This document shows, in pieces, positions 34,301-43,794 of a stretch of DNA of 64,000 nucleotides. Within the stretch, counting starts at the first letter, position 1; every line of letters begins with the position of its first letter. Source of the DNA: Porphyridium purpureum (lineage: Eukaryota); contig VRMN01000004.1 of the NCBI GenBank assembly GCA_008690995.1, forward strand, positions 1,674,001 to 1,738,000, read 5' to 3'. The position numbers and the translations under genes were made by a program. A model generated the notes under the pieces. That model did no database searches and was not told the origin of the DNA. It worked only from the letters and a program-made list of their open reading frames with translations.

Positions 34301-37300
34301 TCAGTTGCTTTCGAAGGACCCCTCGCGGTTTTCGTCGCCCAGCTCGGCTGATACTGGCAATGATGATCCACAGGGCGGCAGCGTTTGGCAAAGTGACCCG
34401 GCGTACGCTGACCAGACATCTGACGCTCTTCAGCAGGCTGAATATTTAGAGATGAGCACATACGTTCAAGAGCACCGCATGGCTGCAAGCATATTCGCAG
34501 AGTCGTCTTCGTATGTACTTGATGACGAGGCGACGCCCGATCATGTTGAACTGCTCGATATTCGCATGCATGGCGTGCGAGCGGTAGGCTTTGTGCGCTT
34601 CGGCCTTGGCAATGTGGTCCAGTATCCCTTGCTCCAAGAGATGGGCATGAATGTTCAGGTTCGTCAAACACAGCTAGGTTATTCCTTGCGCAACATGACG
34701 GAAGTAGCGATTCACATGAGCCGTGCCAAAGTGTTGCAGCCCGTAGCAGGTACTGCTGACTTGGTTGCTTGCTTTGGCGAGTTCATTCCGGTGTTTGAGT
34801 GGGTAGGAACTGTCGTCGAGGCCGGCCCGCTTCCTTCATATGCCGGGTTTCCAGACCGCTTTGGCCGCCTCCCGGCGCCTTTTTTTGCCCTGCGGCGTGT
34901 CTTGTTGCGTAATTTTATGTTGCAGGATGTCCGTATCACCATAGAAGGGCTTGAGGCATCATTGTACCATGCAGGCGGTACCCTCAGCATTTTCTCCACC
35001 GAGCGCGACAATCATCATAGTGGCGGAGACGCGGATGATGGAAGCGAGCAGAGTGAGCTCGGTATTTCGCTGCAAGGTATGCAAATGCGTTTAGGCATCT
35101 ATTCAACTCTATCTCAGCGACTTGAACTACACGTAGATCGCATGGCTGCGTTCACGGGCTCAAGCGATTTGCCGTGGGCTATGCGGCGCCTTTTTGACCC
35201 ATTCGACATATCTGTGGAGCTTCTCCTTGCTTTGTGCGGCGACGTTACGACGGCCACAATTGTGCGCGTTGACATGGACGCGCTGCGGAGCGAGCTGTCT
35301 ATCTTCACTGTGTTTGAGTTGTTGCGCTTCATACGGCGACTGCTACTGGGTGTCGGCAAGAGTCCGGGCGCCGGCGGCGAGGCAGCTGCTCGCGAGGCTG
35401 CTAATGAGCAGCAAAGGAACTCTGAAAAGATCAAGGTTCTGCGTAGTGTCGGCATCGAACAGCTTTTGGCGCAGAAATGGCGTCACAGTCAGCGCAGCGA
35501 CTTTGTAGCCTCAGCTACCATTTCAGAATACGGCTCCACCAGATATCTCGTGGCGTCCGACAGCCTTGATGCTTATGACACTGACGGAGAAGGAAATCAG
35601 ACTCCTGACCAGCGTAAAGCACAACTCGCACTTGAGCGCTACCACGTGGTCTCGAAAGATGCTGATTTTCGGACGCTCTCACCGGATCAATTCGTACCGA
35701 GCGAATTTCTTTTCAGCTTCGTCCCCTTGAAAGCCGAGCATCGCTTAGATGCAGACGTTGGGACCGATGGCGGCGACGACACGGATGACAAGAACGCCGA
35801 CGTCAGCACAACATTGGAAAGAAAAGGACAGCGTCGCCTGAAACAAGAGGGAGAGTCAGATGACTACATTTTGATACAGTCGATGTTGTCGAGAGACGCG
35901 TATCTAAGCTGTGGCGACGAACTGTATCGGCATCTTGAGCAGCGCTCGCGGCCCGATGTCCAAGAAGAATTTAACTACCATGAGCATGCGCAAGCGCAGC
36001 TGGAAAGCAATGAGCCGTTTGAAGGTTCCAGCGTGTGCATGCAGGACCTGCCAGTGTATTCTGGCTCGGAGTCGATGCAACCGTACATGTGGCGCACCTG
36101 GGGTTGCTCGCGGCTCGCATTTGCCCTTCAACACTACTCGGGCCTGTTTCTAGCCGTTCGTGATCAACCGCAAGGGAACGGCACGCGCATGCGTCGCGTA
36201 GCCATATTGTCTTCGCGCCCGGCATACTTTTCGCTCACGAATATTTTGACCCAGTCGAATGCTTTTGTTGCGATGAACCTGCTCAAGAATTTCGCTCCTC
36301 TAGATCGTGACCCCGGTCTGCAAGCCGAAACCGGCAAAGGTGTGGATTTGTGCGAGGACGCAGGCGTACCGACGTCGTCCGGTACTGCGGGACCCGCACC
36401 AGTATCGTTGTCCATCCAACGGCAGCAGCAGCAGCAGCAGCAGCAACTGCAAGATATGTCACGCGGACTGGACAACCCGCCTCGCACAATATCGCAGCTC
36501 ATTGACTACGTGAAGCTCGTGCATGCACCGCGAAGCGTGCGCGAGAGCTTTTATGATACAGTTGCCAGCCTCGCGGTCACGATAGTCGACTTGGCATGCC
36601 CGGGCTTATCTGTCTGTTGGGTTACAAATAACTCAAAGATGCGACGTTCCACAAGCGGGTACATCAACTTGCTCATTCCCCATGAGCAAGGTGAGCCATT
36701 GCATACAGAACCGCCGGAGGCGTCCAATTCTCGTGACGGGCGCCTGGGTGCATTGCGGCGGACGTCGGGCCAAAATAACTCGCGGCGTGGAATAAGGGAT
36801 AACAGTTTGGAAGGAGTCATCATGACGGCAGTCGTTGAGCCGCTAAGCCTGGATTTGCGCGGCTTTAGTGCGAAGCTGTTGAATCATGCGGACGCTGAAG
36901 AGTCTCTCACCATCCGACTCGGGACAAAGGCAGTGGTGAGCTGGAACGATTTTGCTGGCGGCCGTGCGTCTGGGCCGGTTTTGCAGCTGTCATGTGACCT
37001 TGCGTTTCAGACCAATTCGGCAGAACCAGGCTTTGGCTTTGTGCGTATCCCGCGCATTTCCATCACCGTCAAACGGCCCTTCATAGAGTGGCTCGTACGT
37101 TTCCGCGCGCTCACGCTCGCCAAGGATTGGGCCGCGATGGGAGAGAACCAGAAGAGCGGTGGCAAGACAAACCCTAAGAATTCACACGATTTAGACCATG
37201 CTACTACAGAAGGTCCCTCGATGTTTACGTTGACGAATCTGACCGAAACAAGCGTTGAGTTTGGCATCATGCACATTCGTCCAGAATTCGAACTGGCATG

Positions 37301-40300
37301 CAAGCGGAAGCTGGAGGAGATGCGCGTGCACATGAAACGCGAGCAGGAGAAGAAGCGGCGCAATGCGTGCTATCAGATGCACGAGACTGACATCGAGCCG
37401 GACCTGTTTTTGATCCAGCAGGTTGATCCACAGCAACAGCTGGCGCATCTGGCACAGATTGAGCCGTACGACAGCAAGCTGCATACCAGCATTGTCTCGT
37501 CCGGGGAGCAATATGCGTTTGACATTTATCGCTACATTCGCGAGATTGAGAATCGAGCGCTGCTCGAGATGTTTGAAAATCTGTATGCTTTCCAAGAGAG
37601 CATCAAGAAAAGGAGCAGCTCCGGCGGCCGCGGCGGTGGTGGCAGCAGCGGAGGTGGCTCGGGTGGCGGAGATGGAGCAAGAAAAGCCGGGAAAAAGGAA
37701 GCCGAGCTAGAGTTTGAAGCAGTTTCGAAGACCGATGAGAATATCCAGATGCGTTTGCAGGACTTTTTGTACCGCCATTCGCGCCGGCTGGAGCTTCGCG
37801 TCGGAAACTTTGACGAGGTATATACAGTTTCGTTCGGTCAGCGTGGCACGTGCCTGCTCGAGCTCACGAAACCTGACAACACGACTTTGATGCATGGAAA
37901 CGGCGGCGCAAAGGTTTTGGGCGGGACCGCGGATTTGACCGGCAGTCAAAGTGATGCATTTGTTGATGACAAAACTAAGGTTGATATGAACAAGCGCATT
38001 GCTTCGATGGCATCATCAGGATCTGGACGGACGCTGTGGCGAGACAGTGCGCTGGCGCAGCCACCGCAGCCACCGCAGCAGCAGCAGCAGCAGCAGCTTC
38101 AACAGACGCAGTCAAAGGTGTCAAGGGCTTTGCTGTACCATGTGCGCATCGATCATTTGGGCGCCGTCCATATTTCGCTGCGCCCGCCACAGCTGCTGCG
38201 GAATCGTACAAGCTGTGGAATGCTTCGTGTGCGTAACTTGCGGAGCTCGTCTCAGGAGGGTTCCAGCGCGTCACTGTTTTTGAACAAAAGCGTCGTCAAG
38301 AAAGGCGCCGATGGGAGGGAAATGATCCTAAGCACCAAACTGCTTCCTGAGCAAGCCGAACTGGGCTACGGACTAGACCACGAACTCGACCGCATTAGCG
38401 TGAAACCCACATCACTTGAGTACGGCTACTCTGGGGCTCTCAAAGTGAGCGACATCCCGCTCAACACGAGAGAAATCTTGCAATGTGAACCAATCTGGGG
38501 TGTCAGACGAGTACACCCTACCGGCTCCACGGTTTCACTCGGTCGTTCGTTGCGACCAGATGTCGAAGGGCAAAGTCGATCTGAAGATGCCAGGACACAC
38601 GCGTTGGCGCTCTCGCCGAGAGCTCCCGTACCGAGCACCACTTCCGGTGATCACCCGAGCGACGCGGCGCGAAATGTGTCGCGGCTGCGCGCCGACCTCA
38701 AGGACAAATGCTTTTGCATTGGGCTAGCACGGGTGCCGTACCGAGGTACCATAATTAGTGCGTCATCTCGACTCGGCAGTTCCTCTGCATACTCTTCATC
38801 ACACGTCAATCAGCATGGTGACACGGGAAGTAGCGAAGCAAAGGTGATGCCGCTTACAGACCCCAACCCATCCCAAACGATGACGAACTCGGGCATGAGA
38901 GTAGGCGCGGATGGCGTGGAACTTCCTACAAGCATCGGCGCGAGCATCTACGATGTTGTCCTGGTGTCGCCCATGCACTTGCGGAATGAACTCAATTTTC
39001 CGCTTCACATTTTTTTCCTTCGTCAGTTTGCAGAGTACACTCGGTTGACACGGGCTCAGGCCACATCGTTGAAGGGAGCCGTCGGCGTCTCTTTGGTCGC
39101 TCACGCTGGCGCAGACGTACATGAGCTTCTGCCGGAGACTGAGTACCGAATGCTCATTCGCGACGTGAGTGGTGAATTCACATACGCATTGCGCTTTTCG
39201 TACGCCAAGGTGCAGGCCTGCAGAGCTGGACGCACCAGTGGAGGCAGAGCAGGCAAGCAAGCTCGACAAGATTACCTTTTTGATAAGGACTTGCGGATTA
39301 CAACTGGCTTCATCAACGTGCGCGGAGCGTATGACTCGTGGGGCACGCTGCGCGTTGAATTCTCTGCGGCCTATCGTGTCCACAATACGATGCAAGACTG
39401 TGTGATCAGGGTGAGCAACCGACCCAGCCCGATGGAAGCGCTGCCATCGACGCGCGCACTGGAGGGCTCGTCCTCGCTCATGGAGGTGTCGCACGGTGCG
39501 CCGATGTTCTGGAGTGCGTCGCATTTTTTCCTCGGCACGGACCAATGGAGCCGCTTGGAGGTGCGTCTGGCTTCTATGGCGAAGCGCGGCAAAACGGACG
39601 TCGAAATTTCAATCAAAAGTGGGAACTTATCGGGCGCCACGCACGTGCTTACTTTTGTGGTCGTGATGTCCAAGACCAAGTCCAAAATGGGCTCATTCAA
39701 GGATATCTACGTCTATCCGAAGTATCGGATCCAGAACTCGACGCTCGCAAGCGTGGAGCTGGTGGAGGAGCTCGACACGCATGCACTGCTTGGCAGCGGT
39801 AGCGAGAAGAACAGTAAGCCCGCACGGTGGAAGCTAGGGGCGCGAAAGACGGGCGGTGGCAGAGGAACCCAAACAAAGCAAGAGCAACAGGTTGCAGGAA
39901 GTGCCGCAGCTGGTGACTCTGTTTTTCTAAAGGAGGGTGAGACGCAGACTATGCACGGCCGTTCCGGTCATATCCACCGTTTACGCATTAAGCTGGCCGG
40001 ATATGAGTGGAGCGGGCCGCTGGAACCAGCCACTATGGGCTCGCACGCACTGTTTCTGCGTCTGGCGGAACACGGGCGTCGACTTGAGGGTGTGAGCATT
40101 CTACGGAACGCCAAGGCAAAAGCGGAGATGATTGGGGTTGACATTAATGAGCTGGGTCTACGCGTTGAGATCCAAATTCATAATCGACCGCGCTACGGCC
40201 CGCCCTTCCGCGTGGAGAATCTGACTGGCGGTGCCATCTACTTGTTCCAGGAAAAGTACGAGGAATGGGGCATTAGCGCAGAAATCGAACAAAACGCTTG

Positions 40301-42524
40301 GGAATACTTTTCGTGGAATGATGTGACAAGTTCTTCCGTGCGACGGCTCGGCGTAGTAGCGAAAGATGAATACGATACTAATCCAGGCAGTGCGTCGATC
40401 CAGTATGTACCGCTGGAGCTGTACGGTCGCTCCAAGGCAAAGTCAAACTCAGCCGCAGAAGGGAGTACCACGAGCATCCGCGGCGAAAATAACTGGATGT
40501 TTGAGATCGATCCTGAGGGCCTTTTGCGACACGTTAAAGTGCTTGTCAGCGAGCACGAAAGTGGTTCTTTTCACTTGCTGTCGTTTGTTAAGCACGGAAC
40601 AATATCAGGCGCGGGTCGCCACGAGAGTACATCGACCGACAGCGCCTCCTCCTCGTCAGCCCCGAAGATATCCAAGCGACTAACAAGCTTTGAGCGCACG
40701 GTCAAGCGCAAGATTTTCGGTCGCAAACAAACTTCCATGGATCCGGAAGTCGGCATGATGTTTGGGGATGACTTTGAGTCCACGAGGTATTCACCGTCGT
40801 CAACTGCAAGCTGCGGTAGTAAGGCATCGACGCTCGTCGAAGGGCGAGACAGCAAGGAGAGGGAAAAATTTGGAAGGGATTCTTCGACGGAGCGGGACTT
40901 GAATGCACCGGAGCATGATATTAGGCCGTCCGAAAAGTTTGCAGGTGCTCCATCTCCATTTTCCACCGCGCTAGTTCCGGATGACGTCGAAGAGCCCCTG
41001 GCTCTTCATGCGTTTGGTGACGCTGTCGTTCCAGTGCGGTTTGATGGGCGCTCGCGCACGATTCATCTGAGCTCGCGGCCGTCCACGTTGGGCAGAGTAA
41101 GTTCACTACGAACCACGGCGGCTGGAGCGCAAAGTGGGCGCGAAACCACGAAGAAAGGTGGGGATGGAACACTTGCATCGCAGAACTCGATGCAGTTTCA
41201 AGAAAGCAACCTGAGTGCGAGTCACGGCGTGGGTGCGACAAAGAAGAGCCGGTCTGGTGGTGGTGGAAGTGGAGGCTACATGGATAGGTCTCTGGATAGT
41301 TCTGGAATCACGCCGCGAGGTCGGGGCAAGAGCAGTCGAGGAGCCTCGGAAGGAGACAATATGCCAAGCTCTCTGACGGGGCGGCGTTCCCTGACGACAA
41401 GAAAATCTCAAGTGGGTACAATTAACTGGATTCTGGAAACGTTTGCTGTGACAGCGGACGTGCTGGATTTTGATCTCTACCAATTTATTTTAACTCTTGC
41501 GGTAGACGACGTCAGTTTTGGCCTCATGACCGCTTCAGAGCCTGTGCTGCATGTGGCGATACGCACGTCGATGATTCAGCTGTTCCAGTCGGCGCGGCGC
41601 AGCGTGATTGAGGCCAGTGTCATGGATCTGTCCATTATGAATCTGGTCCGAGAGGACAGCGCGAATGAGCACGTTCTGCGAAAGAATCGCAAGCGCAGAA
41701 GTAGCCTGCGGGAGCCGTTACTTTTCTTCCGCGTGCTGAGTCGTATGCCCTACACTTCGAGCAACCCAAGCGCGTTGAATTTTATCGATGATCTCCTTGC
41801 AAGTCTTCACCCCATTGAACTGCGCGTCTCGACCGTCTTTATTGACCGACTCTTCAAGTTCGCCATGCGCTCTGTCCAGAAGGGCGAACTAGGTGCTGCG
41901 TCTGGGAGCGGCGGTAGTGGCGGCGCAACAGCGTCTGCTGCCGCGACCAACAATGATGGAGAAGAAGTAGATGGTGATGGCTGGTACTTGGACGCTGCTA
42001 TGGCCAACGAGGATGTGATGGATCTAATCCACAAGCCGCAGGGGCTGATGTACTTTAGCCGGTTTGTAGTGCAGGACTTGGCGATTTCTGTGACTGTGGT
42101 GAACAACGGCTTTTACTCTGGCGAGCGCGATATCCAGCTACCGGCCGCGTTATGGTATGCGCTGCGCTTTTTGCCCAATATCCAGGATGCCGATCTGAAG
42201 TTCCGCAGCTTCAAATTTGACGACGAGAAATACTACCCAGCGCAGCTTGCGCGCGAATTGGAGGCACATTTCACAACGGAGGGTATTGCGGCTGCGAAAC
42301 TGATTGTCGGGCACGTCGTTCCGTTCGGTCGTTGGCAGGCCGCACAAGATAAATCAGGCGCCGTCGCGAGGACGACCGTAGCAGAAGCGACGGTAGCGGA
42401 TGTCTTGTCTGGGGACGATGATCCGGCAATATCGCAAGTACTTCCCAGCCAGCAGCTGACAAGGATTACATCGATGAAACGCGCGGGATTAGCACCTGGA
42501 CCCACATCCAGGTCGAAAAAGTAA
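31359..42524 (+). CDS. VPS13: VPS13-family bridge-like lipid transfer protein (divergent, ~3720 aa)
   Basis: Chorein_N-like start (SESNLSIVL..LVLRNLTLK..VPLTVK..LSELTI), RWKYA, VAB-type repeats (SPMHLRNEL, PKYRIQNST, PFRVENLT), C-terminal PNIQDADLKF. Confidence 0.75.
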   Translation: MRSLAAWLAALANKYGAPVLAFLDGEFSESNLSIVLLRRRLVLRNLTLKCDELERKILRRLRVPLTVKSFVLSELTIELGLDLTIRLHINGVLLTIQMMQRVFEVDDFIDGPALKQFVKDVCNKDASFRSALRALVLLRLARGWEQDQGEGHAAPIDPNPRRVTSGGAFWEPLVRFAVTRAKVELENLVVRFEDLPLTKETEKDIAFGCAVGCRIPRLILRPFDSLMQTPGLDDAANAAFFAPGGMVRVGAHIMGLELYLDTDGVAASAAKPAAPILAGSKHDLAMYSTCTFLRPADVLCPIRVGGIDEGFKIYFIALVNDWNFRMTETQFYRGIRALMRINTVEMEKSSAFAAAYNARSLKNSWASPLQLLRYRKRFRKILTASSGGSSAVGARSSNATVGSARQNDQAGNGLDSTRESRTRSRTRSRHPQWDSSGPDAEPVLHGEGGGLVRSSSSHDALVHGKSRKAVAFQEEAAAARNRKEDESKRSAVSVAAAADGSSRTGEQASSMSTPLQHRRSRSLLSEVVNQTQSEQPRSLTPKRSQHLRKSSTASETIMASYTQRQNQVISHLSPRWKYALTCVITDVTERRQRLRSSFFAQRRERKELYIAAYSAFHIELKKGTESAVLASEMELELEEVLFFRSIAEQRFLRKACSLPDARDADLLYPFPKPGSSEFQAQDAELALRHAFSECRNEIKETYETWEVGSVNEQLQLTCPVRSSCDLRLRVAFPRFHFDMLEGSELEKPRIAFLIEDGRVDVNVGLITKSILVDLEVGALTATTPDGRRMICPRVQKSESHSLSGRTPHPLPNWYTSYLSSRARKNAGLVNAQKDPLLWLEFRNDQGLSAAPQMLHMLLNPIDVYTTAQDIKFIFVYFVEHLVDTNKSAYTSKSYAKTLHRALRSMEKDLLGARGCGFLWSQFARNVFLDIRMLTPRVHWGRAPFLTEYFDALYTVDAGEPLPRGIRPSRHGVLCFEISGDFQLLSKDPSRFSSPSSADTGNDDPQGGSVWQSDPAYADQTSDALQQAEYLEMSTYVQEHRMAASIFAESSSYVLDDEATPDHVELLDIRMHGVRAVGFVRFGLGNVVQYPLLQEMGMNVQVRQTQLGYSLRNMTEVAIHMSRAKVLQPVAGTADLVACFGEFIPVFEWVGTVVEAGPLPSYAGFPDRFGRLPAPFFALRRVLLRNFMLQDVRITIEGLEASLYHAGGTLSIFSTERDNHHSGGDADDGSEQSELGISLQGMQMRLGIYSTLSQRLELHVDRMAAFTGSSDLPWAMRRLFDPFDISVELLLALCGDVTTATIVRVDMDALRSELSIFTVFELLRFIRRLLLGVGKSPGAGGEAAAREAANEQQRNSEKIKVLRSVGIEQLLAQKWRHSQRSDFVASATISEYGSTRYLVASDSLDAYDTDGEGNQTPDQRKAQLALERYHVVSKDADFRTLSPDQFVPSEFLFSFVPLKAEHRLDADVGTDGGDDTDDKNADVSTTLERKGQRRLKQEGESDDYILIQSMLSRDAYLSCGDELYRHLEQRSRPDVQEEFNYHEHAQAQLESNEPFEGSSVCMQDLPVYSGSESMQPYMWRTWGCSRLAFALQHYSGLFLAVRDQPQGNGTRMRRVAILSSRPAYFSLTNILTQSNAFVAMNLLKNFAPLDRDPGLQAETGKGVDLCEDAGVPTSSGTAGPAPVSLSIQRQQQQQQQQLQDMSRGLDNPPRTISQLIDYVKLVHAPRSVRESFYDTVASLAVTIVDLACPGLSVCWVTNNSKMRRSTSGYINLLIPHEQGEPLHTEPPEASNSRDGRLGALRRTSGQNNSRRGIRDNSLEGVIMTAVVEPLSLDLRGFSAKLLNHADAEESLTIRLGTKAVVSWNDFAGGRASGPVLQLSCDLAFQTNSAEPGFGFVRIPRISITVKRPFIEWLVRFRALTLAKDWAAMGENQKSGGKTNPKNSHDLDHATTEGPSMFTLTNLTETSVEFGIMHIRPEFELACKRKLEEMRVHMKREQEKKRRNACYQMHETDIEPDLFLIQQVDPQQQLAHLAQIEPYDSKLHTSIVSSGEQYAFDIYRYIREIENRALLEMFENLYAFQESIKKRSSSGGRGGGGSSGGGSGGGDGARKAGKKEAELEFEAVSKTDENIQMRLQDFLYRHSRRLELRVGNFDEVYTVSFGQRGTCLLELTKPDNTTLMHGNGGAKVLGGTADLTGSQSDAFVDDKTKVDMNKRIASMASSGSGRTLWRDSALAQPPQPPQQQQQQQLQQTQSKVSRALLYHVRIDHLGAVHISLRPPQLLRNRTSCGMLRVRNLRSSSQEGSSASLFLNKSVVKKGADGREMILSTKLLPEQAELGYGLDHELDRISVKPTSLEYGYSGALKVSDIPLNTREILQCEPIWGVRRVHPTGSTVSLGRSLRPDVEGQSRSEDARTHALALSPRAPVPSTTSGDHPSDAARNVSRLRADLKDKCFCIGLARVPYRGTIISASSRLGSSSAYSSSHVNQHGDTGSSEAKVMPLTDPNPSQTMTNSGMRVGADGVELPTSIGASIYDVVLVSPMHLRNELNFPLHIFFLRQFAEYTRLTRAQATSLKGAVGVSLVAHAGADVHELLPETEYRMLIRDVSGEFTYALRFSYAKVQACRAGRTSGGRAGKQARQDYLFDKDLRITTGFINVRGAYDSWGTLRVEFSAAYRVHNTMQDCVIRVSNRPSPMEALPSTRALEGSSSLMEVSHGAPMFWSASHFFLGTDQWSRLEVRLASMAKRGKTDVEISIKSGNLSGATHVLTFVVVMSKTKSKMGSFKDIYVYPKYRIQNSTLASVELVEELDTHALLGSGSEKNSKPARWKLGARKTGGGRGTQTKQEQQVAGSAAAGDSVFLKEGETQTMHGRSGHIHRLRIKLAGYEWSGPLEPATMGSHALFLRLAEHGRRLEGVSILRNAKAKAEMIGVDINELGLRVEIQIHNRPRYGPPFRVENLTGGAIYLFQEKYEEWGISAEIEQNAWEYFSWNDVTSSSVRRLGVVAKDEYDTNPGSASIQYVPLELYGRSKAKSNSAAEGSTTSIRGENNWMFEIDPEGLLRHVKVLVSEHESGSFHLLSFVKHGTISGAGRHESTSTDSASSSSAPKISKRLTSFERTVKRKIFGRKQTSMDPEVGMMFGDDFESTRYSPSSTASCGSKASTLVEGRDSKEREKFGRDSSTERDLNAPEHDIRPSEKFAGAPSPFSTALVPDDVEEPLALHAFGDAVVPVRFDGRSRTIHLSSRPSTLGRVSSLRTTAAGAQSGRETTKKGGDGTLASQNSMQFQESNLSASHGVGATKKSRSGGGGSGGYMDRSLDSSGITPRGRGKSSRGASEGDNMPSSLTGRRSLTTRKSQVGTINWILETFAVTADVLDFDLYQFILTLAVDDVSFGLMTASEPVLHVAIRTSMIQLFQSARRSVIEASVMDLSIMNLVREDSANEHVLRKNRKRRSSLREPLLFFRVLSRMPYTSSNPSALNFIDDLLASLHPIELRVSTVFIDRLFKFAMRSVQKGELGAASGSGGSGGATASAAATNNDGEEVDGDGWYLDAAMANEDVMDLIHKPQGLMYFSRFVVQDLAISVTVVNNGFYSGERDIQLPAALWYALRFLPNIQDADLKFRSFKFDDEKYYPAQLARELEAHFTTEGIAAAKLIVGHVVPFGRWQAAQDKSGAVARTTVAEATVADVLSGDDDPAISQVLPSQQLTRITSMKRAGLAPGPTSRSKK

Positions 42525-42651
42525 GCCATCTGCTTGATGTGGAAAGACCAATGACTGCCTCGCTCGCTCAGAATGGAAAATCCTGGTAAAGGATTCTTCT
42601 TCCGAAAAGCCGTGAGTCGCGAGCTGGAGTGGAAGATAAATCTGGGCTCGC

Positions 42652-43749
42652 TCATTTTTTCCGTAGCACGAACATGTATGTTGTGCCGAGATGATGTGCC
42701 TCAAACGCAAGCACTTCGAGTGAGTCATTGTGGTCTCGCACGAGCTGCAACACAATGTCGCGAACGTGCTTATTCCATTGGCATCCCCACCTGGCGGCAT
42801 GCTCGTCTGCGTGTCGGTCCAACCAGAAATTTACCGCCCGCGCCAGCCAGCTGTGCCGCGCGCCGGACGCGCGACCGTGCTCTAGCAGCAGCAAGCTCCC
42901 GCCTGGCTTGAGGACTTCGCACATTTGCTCGAGCGCTTCGCGTGGATCATCAAACGAGCACAGGCCAAACGTGTCGACGACACAGTCAAACGAGTTGGGT
43001 GAGAAGGCCGCGGCGAGCTCGTGTACAGAGACCCGGCGCGTGATGACCTCTATCCGTCTGTCATCGGTCCGTCTTTGCTCCTGGCCAGGCTGTGCTGCCT
43101 GCCTGTGCTTCTGGTCCTGTGCGCGATGGAGTTCAAATCTACCATCTCCATTTTCATTGTCTTTTCGCACTGGCTCTGGTTGCTCCGCGCTCTTTGCAAC
43201 TTCAGTGTGCTCTGCTTGCTCTGCTTGCTCTGCTTGCTCTGCTCGCTCTGCTTGCTCTGCTTGCTCTGCTTGCTCTGCTCGCTCTGCTTGGCTAGATGAG
43301 GACAGCGCGTCCGCGCTCCTTAATATCCATCGCTCAGCTTTGTTCCGTGCAAGCTCTAGCATCGCGTCACTGCTATCGGTCAGCGTGAGACTTGTTAATC
43401 GCAGGGATGGGACGTTGCTGCCAGTTTTTTCGACATTGTTTGTTGTACTGACTTGCGCGTAAGCCTCGATATTGAATCCAGAGCCGCACGCCACTTCGAG
43501 CACGTGCGCGCGCGGCGGCACGCAAGAAACAAGTTTAGCACGTAAGCGGGGCATGTTGATGCGCGCCTCGGTCTTGGTCAATTCGGTATCATACTTGCGC
43601 GCGTTATCGCAATCTTCGAACCACGCCGCACACTTTGATGTGGCATTGTCACCAGGGACCTTCCGCCCGCCGAAGAAGAGAGCGCCGCCGTATACACCCA
43701 CAACAAACACGCCGGCGCCTGCGACAAGCAGCGGCGCTCGCACGCGCAT
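42652..43749 (-). CDS. SAM-dependent methyltransferase, OMS1-like
   Basis: N-terminal TM. VLEVACGSG, FDCVVDTFGLCS..LKPGGSLLLLEHG, WGCQWN. Confidence 0.85.
   Translation of the reverse strand: MRVRAPLLVAGAGVFVVGVYGGALFFGGRKVPGDNATSKCAAWFEDCDNARKYDTELTKTEARINMPRLRAKLVSCVPPRAHVLEVACGSGFNIEAYAQVSTTNNVEKTGSNVPSLRLTSLTLTDSSDAMLELARNKAERWILRSADALSSSSQAERAEQAEQAEQAERAEQAEQAEQAEHTEVAKSAEQPEPVRKDNENGDGRFELHRAQDQKHRQAAQPGQEQRRTDDRRIEVITRRVSVHELAAAFSPNSFDCVVDTFGLCSFDDPREALEQMCEVLKPGGSLLLLEHGRASGARHSWLARAVNFWLDRHADEHAARWGCQWNKHVRDIVLQLVRDHNDSLEVLAFEAHHLGTTYMFVLRKK
43208..43290. repeat. 9-bp coding minisatellite, ~9 copies, encoding (AEQ/AER)n
   Basis: TGCTCTGCT/CGCTCTGCT units inside the OMS1-like ORF. 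Confidence 0.9.
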
Positions 43750-43794
43750 GTCAACGCCTCTTTGCAAAGTAAACGGGCCAGGTGTCGAGGGCTA

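Noticed and set aside
36420..38100. (CAG)n polyglutamine tracts in the VPS13-like gene
   Set aside because: Short in-frame tracts, common in this sequence and not remarkable.
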